From positions 1,170,050 through 1,234,049 of the forward strand of contig CAZDOJ010000001.1 of the NCBI GenBank assembly GCA_964507055.1: a DNA stretch of 64,000 bases. Direction: 5' to 3'. Under the pieces are notes generated by a model. That model did no database searches. It was not told the DNA's origin and worked only from the letters and a program-made list of their open reading frames with translations. This stretch comes from an uncultured Gammaproteobacteria bacterium. GTDB taxonomy: Bacteria > Patescibacteriota > Microgenomatia > Levybacterales > UBA12049. This document shows positions 37,540 through 47,583 of the stretch, piece by piece. The number at the start of each line of letters is the position of its first letter. Position 1 is the stretch's first letter. The position numbers and the translations under genes are program-made.

Positions 37540-39855
37540 ATGAAACATAAACTTACTGCCACTCTCGATCATGTGATAACATTTCTACTCTTAGTAGTAG
37601 CTGGTATTACACCTCTTCTTTTCTTCAATCAAACAACTGAATTTTATGAAATGCCAAAACTTATTTTCCTAGTTGTCTCTGTTCTTGTTCTTATGGGTAT
37701 GTGGATCTTCTCTTGGATATTAAAAGGGAAGGTAATGATCACAAGAACTCCTCTTGATATTCCTTTATTAGTACTTCTCGTCGTTGTCGTTGCCTCAGCA
37801 TACTTCAGTGAATCACGATTCTCAGCAATTTACGGTAATTTCCCACGTGTTCACGGCTCTGCTGTGGCTTGGGTTACTTATATATTGTTGTACTTCGTGA
37901 CCGTTTCACACTTGCGTAACCTCACACAGATCAAGACCTTCATGTATACATTATATGGTAGTGGATTGGTCGTAGCTTTAATAAGTGTGCTCTCATACTT
38001 TGGATTATTCCTCCCATTGGATTTCGCAAAAGCGGTTAACTTTACTCCAACTGGTTCATCATTCTCAACAGTAGCATTCTTGCTTTTGCTCTTACCGTTC
38101 CCAGTATTATCTTTGATAAACCCTAACAAGTATCTTCCAACTGTTCCAGCTGTAGTCTTGGCATCAGTATTTGGTGTAACAATAGCACTCCTCGGGGGAG
38201 TAGCAACTTATATCGCAATGCTTTTGGTATTCGCACTTGCAGTCTTCGTTTCAAAACCTGCACAACTGCAAAAGACTGTAGCAATGTTCTTGATCCCTGT
38301 AGCGTTAACAGCTTTGACATTAGTACTGTCATACGTTCCACTGCCAGGCGGTATGAGTCAAATGCAGGCTAATTTCCCTAAAGAAATCCAACTTCCTTTC
38401 GCAACATCATGGAAAGTATCAGCATCAGCATTCCGAGATGCACCATTCATCGGAACAGGTCCTGCAACATATCTTTTCAACTTCACAAGTTACAAGCCAT
38501 TGGAATTCAACCAATTTGACTTCTGGAACTTCTCATTCGATACAGCGTACAATGAATTCTTGCAAGTACTTGGAACCTTGGGAATACTCGGACTCGTATC
38601 TCTCTTCCTCCTTTGCTTGATCGTTCTTAACTCAGCACGAAAGAATATGTCTCTCGACAATGCTGAAGCAACTCAAGAAGGTCATGATGGCTCAAGTGAA
38701 AGTGCACATGTATTACTTCCAGCATTAGCAATCAGTGGATTACTCAGTATCGTCTTACTCGCAATCCATGCAACAACTTTGGTCTCAATCGTTACAACTT
38801 TGTTCATCCTCGCAGCGTTCATGGTTTCACAGAAATCAGTAAGGGGTAGAGTAATGAAACTCTCAATGGGTATCAAAGCATCAACTTCAGAGAACAAGCA
38901 ATTCGATTTGTTCCCAGTACTCTTGTTCGTAGCTTTCTTAGTCGCAGCAGTTCCAGTCTTGGTTCAAACATTCAATACTGCAATGGCTGACTACTATCAC
39001 CGCCAAGCATTAACTCAAGCAAACCAAAATGGTACAAAGACATATGAGTTCTTGCAAAAAGCTGAATCAGCAAACCCATACATCGACCTTTACAGAGTTG
39101 ATATGGCACAAACTAACTTCGCTCTCGCAAATGCACTTGCAGCTCAAAAAGGCCCATCTGCACAGAACGAAAAAGGATCTTTGACAGACGCTGATAAGAA
39201 GACTATCCAAACACTTCTTTCACAATCAATCAACGAAAGTCGAGCAAGTGTAGCTTTGAGTCCACGATCATCACGAAACTGGGAAGTGCTTGCATCAATT
39301 TACCGAAACATCTCAGGGGTAGCACAGAATGCACTTGTATACTCACTTGATAGTTATGGCCGAGCAATCCAAAGAGATCCATTGAACCCAGCACTCAGAG
39401 TTAATGTAGGCGGTATCTATTACTCAATCAAGAACTATGATCTCGCTATTCGATTCTTCTCAGACGCAGCGAACTTGAAGCCAGACTATGCAAATGCATA
39501 CTTCAACTTAGCAATCGCTCTTCGAGATAAAGGCGACTTACAAAATGCGAAAGCAGTTGCAGAACAAGCAGTTAAGCTCTTATCAGAAAATAAAGAAACA
39601 CCTGACTACAAGACAGCATCAACTCTCTTGACTGAACTTAACAAAAAGATCGCTGACTCAGCAGATGAAACACCAACTCAGGCTTCATCATCAGCTCAGC
39701 AACAGCCAACAGCTCTTGAAAACGAAAACCTTGAAGATGTAAACGTAGACGGATTGGACAATGCACCATCAGTAACACCAGCACCAACTGTCCGACCAAA
39801 TCCAGCAGCTAACTTACCACAGGGCATCAACCCAACAGCTGCTCCAAGAAGATAA
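37540..39855 (+). CDS. O-antigen ligase-like (Wzy_C) polytopic membrane protein with C-terminal TPR repeats and a Pro/Thr-rich tail
   Basis: About 12 TM helices; TPR-like ...NAYFNLAIALRDKGDLQNAKAVAEQAVKL...; tail ...SVTPAPTVRPNPAANLPQGINPTAAPRR. The listed ORF start 37528 is GTG; ATG at 37540. Confidence 0.7.
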   Translation: MKHKLTATLDHVITFLLLVVAGITPLLFFNQTTEFYEMPKLIFLVVSVLVLMGMWIFSWILKGKVMITRTPLDIPLLVLLVVVVASAYFSESRFSAIYGNFPRVHGSAVAWVTYILLYFVTVSHLRNLTQIKTFMYTLYGSGLVVALISVLSYFGLFLPLDFAKAVNFTPTGSSFSTVAFLLLLLPFPVLSLINPNKYLPTVPAVVLASVFGVTIALLGGVATYIAMLLVFALAVFVSKPAQLQKTVAMFLIPVALTALTLVLSYVPLPGGMSQMQANFPKEIQLPFATSWKVSASAFRDAPFIGTGPATYLFNFTSYKPLEFNQFDFWNFSFDTAYNEFLQVLGTLGILGLVSLFLLCLIVLNSARKNMSLDNAEATQEGHDGSSESAHVLLPALAISGLLSIVLLAIHATTLVSIVTTLFILAAFMVSQKSVRGRVMKLSMGIKASTSENKQFDLFPVLLFVAFLVAAVPVLVQTFNTAMADYYHRQALTQANQNGTKTYEFLQKAESANPYIDLYRVDMAQTNFALANALAAQKGPSAQNEKGSLTDADKKTIQTLLSQSINESRASVALSPRSSRNWEVLASIYRNISGVAQNALVYSLDSYGRAIQRDPLNPALRVNVGGIYYSIKNYDLAIRFFSDAANLKPDYANAYFNLAIALRDKGDLQNAKAVAEQAVKLLSENKETPDYKTASTLLTELNKKIADSADETPTQASSSAQQQPTALENENLEDVNVDGLDNAPSVTPAPTVRPNPAANLPQGINPTAAPRR

Positions 39856-39959
39856 ACTTCACTACCAAGTGGAGTTTCTTCTTTTATAAGTCCCTTTTAG
39901 TATTTATTCCCTGAGCCGAGCCGAAGGGTACTAATCTTGTATTATGCCTTCGACGTTGC

Positions 39960-40601
39960 TCAGGCAAAAAGGGTTTCGTGGTCTCCGCGGATAATGAGTA
40001 CTTCTCCATCACGAAGTGTTTTGTGAGGTATACGACTATCAATCATAAACTGTACTGTCTTACCAATCTCTGCTGATTCAGGATGATTTGATTGATAATG
40101 AGGTACGATAGAGTAGGGTAAAACATCAAGTCCGTTCCAAATAATTTCTGTTTGATAACCTTCAGGAATTACATTTGGATCATCAACTATCTCAATGCCT
40201 CGAAGTGAAGGAGCAAGGACACAAACACCGGCACTGTAACCTCCGTAGACAAGTTTATCCTCTTCCAATAACTGTTTTATAATCTCATCAGCTCCACTGC
40301 ATTTAAAAGCCCTTCTGAGGACAAATGCGTTACCACCTCGTACCCAAATTAATTCATATTTTTCAAGTTCGACACGAAGTTCTTCTTTCTGCCCAAAATA
40401 CTTTTTAAGGTCAATCTCCGTTACATCCAATCCTAAAGCTGTGAGCTCTTCTTTATCTTTAATATTTCGTTCCTGAATCTCTTCTGGACTTCTGAAGTCG
40501 ACAGCATTGGCAATAAGAGCTACTTTTGTACCACCTTTAAGCAGTTTGAGAAGTTCATCGGAATGATTTCCTAAACGATATGATGAAATATAGAGTCGCA
40601 T
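39960..40601 (-). CDS. Peptidase S51 family (peptidase E-like) protein
   Basis: ...ELIWVRGGNAFVLRRAF...; ...LVYGGYSAGVCVLAPSL...; ...IVPHYQS... Start at internal Met 40601; the listed ORF's upstream 72 aa overlap the neighbouring gene and are not credible. Confidence 0.75.
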   Translation of the reverse strand: MRLYISSYRLGNHSDELLKLLKGGTKVALIANAVDFRSPEEIQERNIKDKEELTALGLDVTEIDLKKYFGQKEELRVELEKYELIWVRGGNAFVLRRAFKCSGADEIIKQLLEEDKLVYGGYSAGVCVLAPSLRGIEIVDDPNVIPEGYQTEIIWNGLDVLPYSIVPHYQSNHPESAEIGKTVQFMIDSRIPHKTLRDGEVLIIRGDHETLFA

Positions 40602-40623
40602 AGAAACAGTATACCAGGAGCAA

Positions 40624-43600
40624 TTATTGGAGAAGAGAGCCACCTTGAATGAGTGAGCCTCCTTGGATAAGCACGTCACTGATTGCTGCGGTATTAATCT
40701 GCGGGTACCTATCAATTTGGAGTACAAGGTCATTACTTCGTGCCACTCTGAAACAGAAAGTTTGTGGATTACGATCATATGTTGTGTTATCGATAAGCGA
40801 GAAATCCCACATACCAACTTGATCTCCTGTCATTGCCGAAACAGAATTAGTGAAGTTATTTGCCTCTTCGTAATCTTGGTTTACCTTGGTATATGGAGGA
40901 TATGTTGGATCAGATCCGTTGGCTGTCAAATTATCCCCATCCGCAGGTGTAGCATTATTGTTAAATGAGATGGCTGTACCACTTCCCGGTATGCCTACAT
41001 CAGTCCATGTGCTCGGTGTTCCTCCTGTCGGTGCGATGCAGGAACCTGTCCCCGGATCCACAAATTGCAATTTATATTGTCGTCCATTTATTGCAAGCGA
41101 ATCAGGATAGTAGAGGAGGAGACGAAGTCTGAATTGTTCATTGGCTGTCGTGAGTGTATATGGAGTATCTTGTACTTGAAGCGGGGTAACCACACTAACA
41201 GCATTATTATTTGCAAACCATCTATATGAAGTAAGTGTTTCCAAATTACGATCAAAACCAAACCCATACGGTTCTGTGCTGTCGTCAGCGGCTGCACAAA
41301 TTTCTGTATATGTAGCCGTTGCTACGGTTGTCCATGTTTGACCAACTCCATCCCACTGCGACGACCACAGATCACATGTTGCAGCATTATCATGGTAAAT
41401 AAGCATCATAGTATTGGTAAGAAGATCGCTGTAAAGCTGTACACCTTCGATAACATCTGGATTTGCGGTCTTCGTAATATTTGCTGTAGTCGTAAAACCT
41501 CCGCCACTCGTCCATGTAATGTAAGCGATATCGTCATCTGTTGCAGTATTAGGTACATATGTCCACATCGCTTTGCCAGTATTATTTTCGAAGGCTGTAT
41601 CAACTACATTATTCGTTGTGGCAGATGGACAGGAAGCTGTGGTCCCGTTCATTGTTGCAGCTGCTCCGGTCCATACACCAAATCTAATAAGACATGTCGT
41701 ACCTTCTTGTAAACCAAGAGAAATATTATTACTTGTTGAAACAGGGTCACCCGCAGCCATAACCCATTGTAAATCGTTGGTAAAACCTGATGCTACAGTT
41801 GATTCTGCTTGCCATGTACCACTGGTAAATTCTCTCATGACTAAGTTATTTCCAGTCGTACCCCAGAAAATCATAGGTGTGCCACTGCTTGTCTCCCAGG
41901 CAATATCAAAGGCTTGTTCATTACTTGTGGCTGTAACTGTTGAAGTTGATTCATCAAACTGATTTACAAATGAATTTGTAGCCCCATCCCAAATCATCGC
42001 TCCCACACGTGCATTGTTGGTGAGATATCCGACGAGAATCGAATCGGAATTCAATAGGGGTTCCAAACGCACCCATTTTTTATAAACATCAAATGCAGTC
42101 CCGGCCGTGGACATCGAGGCAAAAGTTGTACCTGCATCCCACACACCATTAACTCGTTTAAAGTAGCGGAGTTGATTTGAACTATAATTACTAACAACAA
42201 GCAATGCGTCTCCAGAAATATCCTCATAGGCAATATCAAACGGCCTTGTCACATCAGCACTTCCACTTCCTAAAGGTAAATTCTTATCAAGGGACCATGA
42301 TGAACCATTCCAAGTCAAAACCATCACAGGATCATTGGTCGTATTATCAATAAGTGCCACGATCTTTTCACCGGTTTTTGGACTACTTACTTCACGAAAC
42401 CATCGACTATCAGTAGGTGTTGCAGACATGTTTGTGGCTGTATTAAAGGCTGTACCTGTCCAAATACGCGAGAAGGTATTACTTCCGCCGTTATCCTCAT
42501 ATGTCAGAACACCGGAGGTAGAATTAAGTGCATCTGAGGCAATTTGCCATTGTCTAGCTTCTTTGAAATCGCCAACTGTGATTGGTCCAAGTAAATAGAA
42601 TTCAGGCGAAACTTGAGGGAAGAGGATTGTATACCGAAATTCTTGCGTTTTACCTTTCTTCAGATTCACATCCCATGTGATCTTTTTAAAATCACCGACT
42701 GTTTCTTCTTTACCTCCGTTACTAATTTTCTCTGTTTTAAAGTCCGAAGGCATGAATTCTTCAACCTTTCCACTGTAATCTTCTTGAGGGGTTACCGTGA
42801 ATAAAACAGTATACGAAGCACGTGGGTAAATACGGGTAGGGAAGCTCTTTCTGTCGATATCAAATTTTGGTGCGTCTTCGACTTTGAAATAATCTTCAAT
42901 CTGTCTTTTCTCTCCATCTACTTCAGCAACCATTTTCATTTGATAGATTCCTGGTCCACTGATAAGGTAAATTGACGTAAAATCAGCCTCATTTGTTACA
43001 GTAATTGGACCACATTTGCCACTGTCTAAGACATTGCCTTCATCAGTAGAATATTCTTTTACAGTGCCTTTGGGGTCGGTGACTGTTAGCCATACTTTTG
43101 CTGTATCTTCGCCTGTGGCACATTGTGTTTCTCCTCGGTCATTTAATACACCCATGCCGATTGTTGCTACATCGCCAGGCTTATAAATGGATTTATTGGT
43201 ATTTACCGCAAGAACACCCCATGTAAAGTCTTGGCTTATATCAACATTTCCTTCAAGTGTACGCATTTGAAGACTTAATACATATTTACCTGGTTTGAAA
43301 TTGGGCATGTCTTTTGGATGGACGATGAGCTTGTGTTTTTCATCATTCAGATCTACTTCTGTTTCGACAGAAGAGCCTTTATCGCGACCTTGATAGGTGA
43401 TATGTGCTGAAACAAGTTCTTTGAGGCCATCTTTGGAGCTTTGGGCAATCTTTTGGAATTTCGCATCAGTCACATCAAAGGCGAATTCTGGGAGCTTTGC
43501 TGCTGGAACATTAAAAGAATCTTTGGGTTCTGCAGTAAGTTGCATTTCAACTATTTCGCGATTTACAAGTGGAGGAGGAGAAGCGTTATCATTTCGATAC

Positions 43601-43671
43601 AACCAGAAAACAGCACCAACAATAAGAAGTACACAGCCTATCCAACCAATAATTTCAAGCGTCTTTTTCAT
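40624..43671 (-). CDS. Large (1,015 aa) membrane-anchored extracellular protein, beta-rich, Thr/Asn/Trp-rich (hypothetical)
   Basis: N-terminal signal-anchor IIGWIGCVLLIVGAVFWL, then ~980 aa with no recognisable catalytic motif. Many NxT/S sequons and conserved Trp spacing suggest repeated beta modules. C-terminus ...IQGGSLIQGGSLLQ. TGtTATAAT lies 17 nt upstream. Confidence 0.6.
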   Translation of the reverse strand: MKKTLEIIGWIGCVLLIVGAVFWLYRNDNASPPPLVNREIVEMQLTAEPKDSFNVPAAKLPEFAFDVTDAKFQKIAQSSKDGLKELVSAHITYQGRDKGSSVETEVDLNDEKHKLIVHPKDMPNFKPGKYVLSLQMRTLEGNVDISQDFTWGVLAVNTNKSIYKPGDVATIGMGVLNDRGETQCATGEDTAKVWLTVTDPKGTVKEYSTDEGNVLDSGKCGPITVTNEADFTSIYLISGPGIYQMKMVAEVDGEKRQIEDYFKVEDAPKFDIDRKSFPTRIYPRASYTVLFTVTPQEDYSGKVEEFMPSDFKTEKISNGGKEETVGDFKKITWDVNLKKGKTQEFRYTILFPQVSPEFYLLGPITVGDFKEARQWQIASDALNSTSGVLTYEDNGGSNTFSRIWTGTAFNTATNMSATPTDSRWFREVSSPKTGEKIVALIDNTTNDPVMVLTWNGSSWSLDKNLPLGSGSADVTRPFDIAYEDISGDALLVVSNYSSNQLRYFKRVNGVWDAGTTFASMSTAGTAFDVYKKWVRLEPLLNSDSILVGYLTNNARVGAMIWDGATNSFVNQFDESTSTVTATSNEQAFDIAWETSSGTPMIFWGTTGNNLVMREFTSGTWQAESTVASGFTNDLQWVMAAGDPVSTSNNISLGLQEGTTCLIRFGVWTGAAATMNGTTASCPSATTNNVVDTAFENNTGKAMWTYVPNTATDDDIAYITWTSGGGFTTTANITKTANPDVIEGVQLYSDLLTNTMMLIYHDNAATCDLWSSQWDGVGQTWTTVATATYTEICAAADDSTEPYGFGFDRNLETLTSYRWFANNNAVSVVTPLQVQDTPYTLTTANEQFRLRLLLYYPDSLAINGRQYKLQFVDPGTGSCIAPTGGTPSTWTDVGIPGSGTAISFNNNATPADGDNLTANGSDPTYPPYTKVNQDYEEANNFTNSVSAMTGDQVGMWDFSLIDNTTYDRNPQTFCFRVARSNDLVLQIDRYPQINTAAISDVLIQGGSLIQGGSLLQ

Positions 43672-43801
43672 GGGACAGAGGTAGTACTATTATAACAAAG
43701 CTATGTAAGATCTCGGCCTAGATTTAAATGAGAATTAGTACTATTTGATATAGATTGTGTGATTGAATTTAGATGGGAATATGAAATAATCAAATCAATT
43801 G

Positions 43802-46534
43802 ATGAAAAGGCTAGGCTTATCTTTTTTACTTCTTCCGTTTCTTTTTCTTTCTTTAACTCAATCAGCATTCGCTGCTACATATAATCTTTCTGGAATAGTT
43901 ACAAACGCTGGTGGGGCGGGTATATCTGGTGCGTCAGTTGAAGTATTGGAAGTAAATACTAATAATGTTGTTGCTAATACAACTACTTCTTCCTCTGGAA
44001 ACTATAACGTAAGTGTGGAAGATGGAATATATGATATTCGAATTACACCACCTTCCGGTAGCGGGTTTAATCCTTCATTGATAGTAGATTATAATATCTC
44101 AAATAACTCAACTTTGAATATCACCCTTGGAGGAACTTCAATTGTTGTAAGCGGTAAAGTTACTGATTATCAGAATAATGATCTTAAAAATTCAAATATC
44201 ACACTTAAAAATCTCACGAGTAATATATATTTTTATGGACAAACTGATATAAATGGAAATTATTCAGTGGCTGCTCCTACTGGAGATTATCAATTGCTAA
44301 TCGAAGGCTCTGCTCAGGGAAATGAGTCAGAGCATGTCCCTGAGAAATGGCAAGCCATTGCAGAGAATATTACGCTATCTCAAAATAAGGTAATTAATTA
44401 TTCTGTTCAGGTTAAAAAAGTCGAAGTGTATATCAAAAATCCTTCTAACGAACCCGTCGAAAGTGCATTGATCAACGGAGTATTTGCCAGGAATGATCAA
44501 TCAACATTAGGTGGTGCTTCAGCATTTACAACCAACGCATATGATATTGGACTTCATACTGATGCAGATGGAAAAGCTGTATTTTTTCTTTTTCCAACTG
44601 ACTCTAATAATGGGGGATATAACTTTGTTGTTACGCCACCATCAGGGAGTCCTTACACCATGGCTGTAGCAAACAATATAAGTGTCTCTGATGATAGAAC
44701 AGTGGATATTCAAGTATCACCACCAGTTACAGTTAATGGGACAATTAAGGATCATCTGGGAAATCCACTTAACAATACAGGTATTTCTCTACAAAATAAT
44801 GCAACAGGAACATACTTTAATGGACAGACAGATGGAAATGGAAATTATTCTATTGAAATCCCTACGGGCGGCTACAGATTAATGTTTGAAGGATCAGCTC
44901 AAGCAAATGGATCCTCGAATATTCCTGAAAAGTGGCAAACAATTGCCGAAAATATTACAATAACGCAGAATGCTACAATTGATTACTCTTTGCAGGTAAA
45001 AAGAGTGGAAGTAACCGTTGTGGATGCTTCTAATAATCCTGTTGAAAATGCACATATTAATGGTGTTTTTGCTAGAAATGATCAAATAACGATAGGTGGA
45101 GTGTCTGCCTTTACTACAAATGCATATGACGATGGACTTAACACGGATGCTGATGGTAAGGCAGTTTTTTGGCTTTTCCCGACAGATACGAATAATGGAG
45201 GTTATCGATTTGTAGTTACTCCGCCGGCAGGGAATCCTAACACTATTGCCGTTGCAGATAATATTGAAGTAACTACAGATAGAACTGTAGATATATCAGT
45301 TTCTCCGCCAGTTACGGTGAGTGGTACTATTACTGGTTATCAAAATGCTCCGCTTAAAAATACGAACCTATCATTCCGTAATAGTTTATTTTCTTCTGAT
45401 TTTTATGCTCAAACGAATGAGAATGGTGAATACACTGTAGATATACCAAAGGGTACATATCAGATCCTTATTGAGGGTTCCACACAAGGGAATGAAACAA
45501 ATATGGTTCCTCAATTTTGGCAGGTAGGGGTTAATGATTTAGCAATAACAGCAAATAAGACGGTTGACTATCAGTTGGCACTAAAGAAATTGGAATTGCA
45601 TGTCCAAAATTCAAGTGGTGTTTCACTTGCAAATGCAAAAGTTCAGTTTGATGGTTTCATAACGCAACAACTTGAAATTGCAAATACTCAAGCATTTGGA
45701 AGCTCATCTTATAGAGATGGAGTAGTAACAGACTCTTCAGGAAATGTTACCTTGTGGTTATTCCCAACAAATACACAAGATGGTTCATATAATATTGTTA
45801 TTTATCCTCCAGAGGAGAGTGACTATACCATGGGTATCTTGGATAACTTTGAAATTGAGTCAGATACTTCAAGAACAGTTGTACTTCAAAGTCCTCAGGT
45901 AGAAACAACCTTGCAATCAGTGGCGGACACTTATATAAAAGAAGGGACAAAAAATCAAAATGAAGGTGCATCTACTTTTATCAGGTTACAATCAGCAGGC
46001 AATAATCGGGGAATTGTTCGGTTTAGTCAATCTGAAATTGAGTCTGCAATTAATGGTTCTCAGAATTATACTGCAAAGCTTCGATTTACAATAACAGATA
46101 ATGGAAATAATTGGGGTACGAATGGTAGAACAGTCGGTGCTCATAGAATAATGTATGATTGGGTAGAAGGCAATGGCTTCAATGATGGTAATATTCCTGA
46201 GAGCAGGGGAACAGGAAACGGTACAACGTGGAATTGTGCTATCGATTCTAATATTGCAAATGCTATGGCCAATTGCAATGGTGCTTCAGCGTGGAATATG
46301 AATTCTGTAAACTCTGTCTTTTCTTCAACTGCTAGTGCTTCCACTATCATCACGAATAATCAAAGTGGCATTGTTGAATTTGATGTAACAGCAGATGTTC
46401 AATTTTTCTTAAATAACGTAAACCAGAATTATGGATGGTTGCTTAAGAAAGAAAATGAAGGACAGCCTGGTAAGGTACAGTTTGGCTCAAAAGAGTCAGC
46501 TCAAGCTCCACAATTAATTATAGTTGCTCATTAG
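43802..46534 (+). CDS. Secreted repeat protein: signal peptide, 3 x ~195-aa CarboxypepD_reg-like repeat units, C-terminal DNRLRE-like domain (assignment tentative)
   Basis: Signal peptide MKRLGLSFLLLPFLFLSLTQSAFA. The repeat SGKVTDYQNNDLKNSNITL...YGQTDINGNYSV..PTGDYQLLIEGSAQGNE...EKWQ.IAENIT... recurs three times. C-terminus ...VADTYIKEGTKNQNEGASTFIRLQSAGNNRGIVRFSQSEI....SQNYTAKLRFTI... Confidence 0.6.
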   Translation: MKRLGLSFLLLPFLFLSLTQSAFAATYNLSGIVTNAGGAGISGASVEVLEVNTNNVVANTTTSSSGNYNVSVEDGIYDIRITPPSGSGFNPSLIVDYNISNNSTLNITLGGTSIVVSGKVTDYQNNDLKNSNITLKNLTSNIYFYGQTDINGNYSVAAPTGDYQLLIEGSAQGNESEHVPEKWQAIAENITLSQNKVINYSVQVKKVEVYIKNPSNEPVESALINGVFARNDQSTLGGASAFTTNAYDIGLHTDADGKAVFFLFPTDSNNGGYNFVVTPPSGSPYTMAVANNISVSDDRTVDIQVSPPVTVNGTIKDHLGNPLNNTGISLQNNATGTYFNGQTDGNGNYSIEIPTGGYRLMFEGSAQANGSSNIPEKWQTIAENITITQNATIDYSLQVKRVEVTVVDASNNPVENAHINGVFARNDQITIGGVSAFTTNAYDDGLNTDADGKAVFWLFPTDTNNGGYRFVVTPPAGNPNTIAVADNIEVTTDRTVDISVSPPVTVSGTITGYQNAPLKNTNLSFRNSLFSSDFYAQTNENGEYTVDIPKGTYQILIEGSTQGNETNMVPQFWQVGVNDLAITANKTVDYQLALKKLELHVQNSSGVSLANAKVQFDGFITQQLEIANTQAFGSSSYRDGVVTDSSGNVTLWLFPTNTQDGSYNIVIYPPEESDYTMGILDNFEIESDTSRTVVLQSPQVETTLQSVADTYIKEGTKNQNEGASTFIRLQSAGNNRGIVRFSQSEIESAINGSQNYTAKLRFTITDNGNNWGTNGRTVGAHRIMYDWVEGNGFNDGNIPESRGTGNGTTWNCAIDSNIANAMANCNGASAWNMNSVNSVFSSTASASTIITNNQSGIVEFDVTADVQFFLNNVNQNYGWLLKKENEGQPGKVQFGSKESAQAPQLIIVAH
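44150..45900 (+). repeat. Intragenic tandem repeats, 3 copies of ~590 bp, inside the secreted repeat protein gene
   Basis: Protein-level repeats start near aa 118, 306 and 506 with ~50-60% identity. Confidence 0.6.
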
Positions 46535-46598
46535 CTCTACGAGTAAATTATTAGTTCTCTAATTTCTTTTAATAAAATTATTGTATAATTATTTATGT

Positions 46599-47579
46599 AT
46601 GAAATGGTGGGCGTATGGATTACTTATTATAACAATTCCTCTTTCTGTTCTTTATCTCTATCAACTCTATGATCAGCAGACATATGTAGGGAATCCACTT
46701 ACTCGGACAACAAAATGTCCTTATACATATATCAATCAACAACGGTGTGAGCCAGATACTGCTCCCAAAAAGAGAGAATATGTTGAATTACGAAATGACC
46801 TTATGGACTTAATTGAAGGTCAGAAGAATGAAGGTCGACTCACAGATGCTGCTGTCTATTTCCGTGATCTACAAAATGGACCGGTTCTTGGTATAAATTC
46901 TCAGGATTTTTTCATACCAGCAAGTTTATTGAAGCTTCCTTTGATGGTAACATACCTTAAGAAGGCAGAATCAGATCCTGACCTTCTACAAAAAAAGATT
47001 ACAATAACAAGTGATATGCAATCACTCGACCAAAATGTCGTCCCTCGTGATGGTGCTCAAGTTGGTAAAACCTATACTCGTGAAGAACTTCTTAACTTAC
47101 TTATTTCGCAATCAGATAACATTTCATGGAAAGCATTACTCACAGATCTACGTGCTAATTATTCTGAGGAAGATTTTGTCGGAACATTGAGTGATCTTGG
47201 TATCGTTGACCCTCGAAAGCAAGATGATCAGCAATATATTACGACACAAAATTATGCTTCTGTATATCGAATTCTTTACAACTCTTCCTACCTTAATATG
47301 GAAATGTCTGATAAAGCATTGGAGATTTTGTCCAAATCAGAATTTAAAGATGGAATTGTTGCTGGTGTCCCTGCCAATGTCCAAATAGCTCATAAGTTTG
47401 GTGAGCAAAAAAATGGTGAGGAGCAGCAACTTCATGATTGTGGTATTGTTTATTATCCTCAAAATCCATATATTATTTGTGTTATGACTAAGGGAGCAGA
47501 TATCTCAGACCTAGAATCAGTTATCCAAAAGGTTTCGAAAGACGTCTACACTGAAGTAGAAGTAAGGAATGCGGACTAA
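46599..47579 (+). CDS. Class A beta-lactamase-related serine hydrolase (PF13354-like), membrane-anchored, paralog 1
   Basis: TM anchor; SxxK FIPASLLKLP; SDN loop SQSDNISWKAL; KTG-equivalent HKFGEQ; C-terminal ...LHDCGIVYYPQNPYIICVMTKG... ATG 46599 is 9 nt after TGTATAAT; the listed ORF start 46581 is TTG. Confidence 0.7.
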   Translation: MKWWAYGLLIITIPLSVLYLYQLYDQQTYVGNPLTRTTKCPYTYINQQRCEPDTAPKKREYVELRNDLMDLIEGQKNEGRLTDAAVYFRDLQNGPVLGINSQDFFIPASLLKLPLMVTYLKKAESDPDLLQKKITITSDMQSLDQNVVPRDGAQVGKTYTREELLNLLISQSDNISWKALLTDLRANYSEEDFVGTLSDLGIVDPRKQDDQQYITTQNYASVYRILYNSSYLNMEMSDKALEILSKSEFKDGIVAGVPANVQIAHKFGEQKNGEEQQLHDCGIVYYPQNPYIICVMTKGADISDLESVIQKVSKDVYTEVEVRNAD

Positions 47580-47583
47580 GCTT

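Noticed and set aside
40602-40817. N-terminal 72 aa of listed ORF 39960..40817
   Set aside because: This segment overlaps the 3' end of the 1,015-aa gene on the same strand in another frame. Peptidase S51 homology begins at the internal Met (40601).
3781-46598. Upstream TTG/GTG-initiated extensions in the ORF track (3781, 25105, 33819, 37528, 43799, 46581, 13586, 1927)
   Set aside because: Each extension overlaps the preceding gene or promoter. An ATG a few codons downstream sits at the conserved distance from a -10 box or SD and aligns with the homolog N-terminus.
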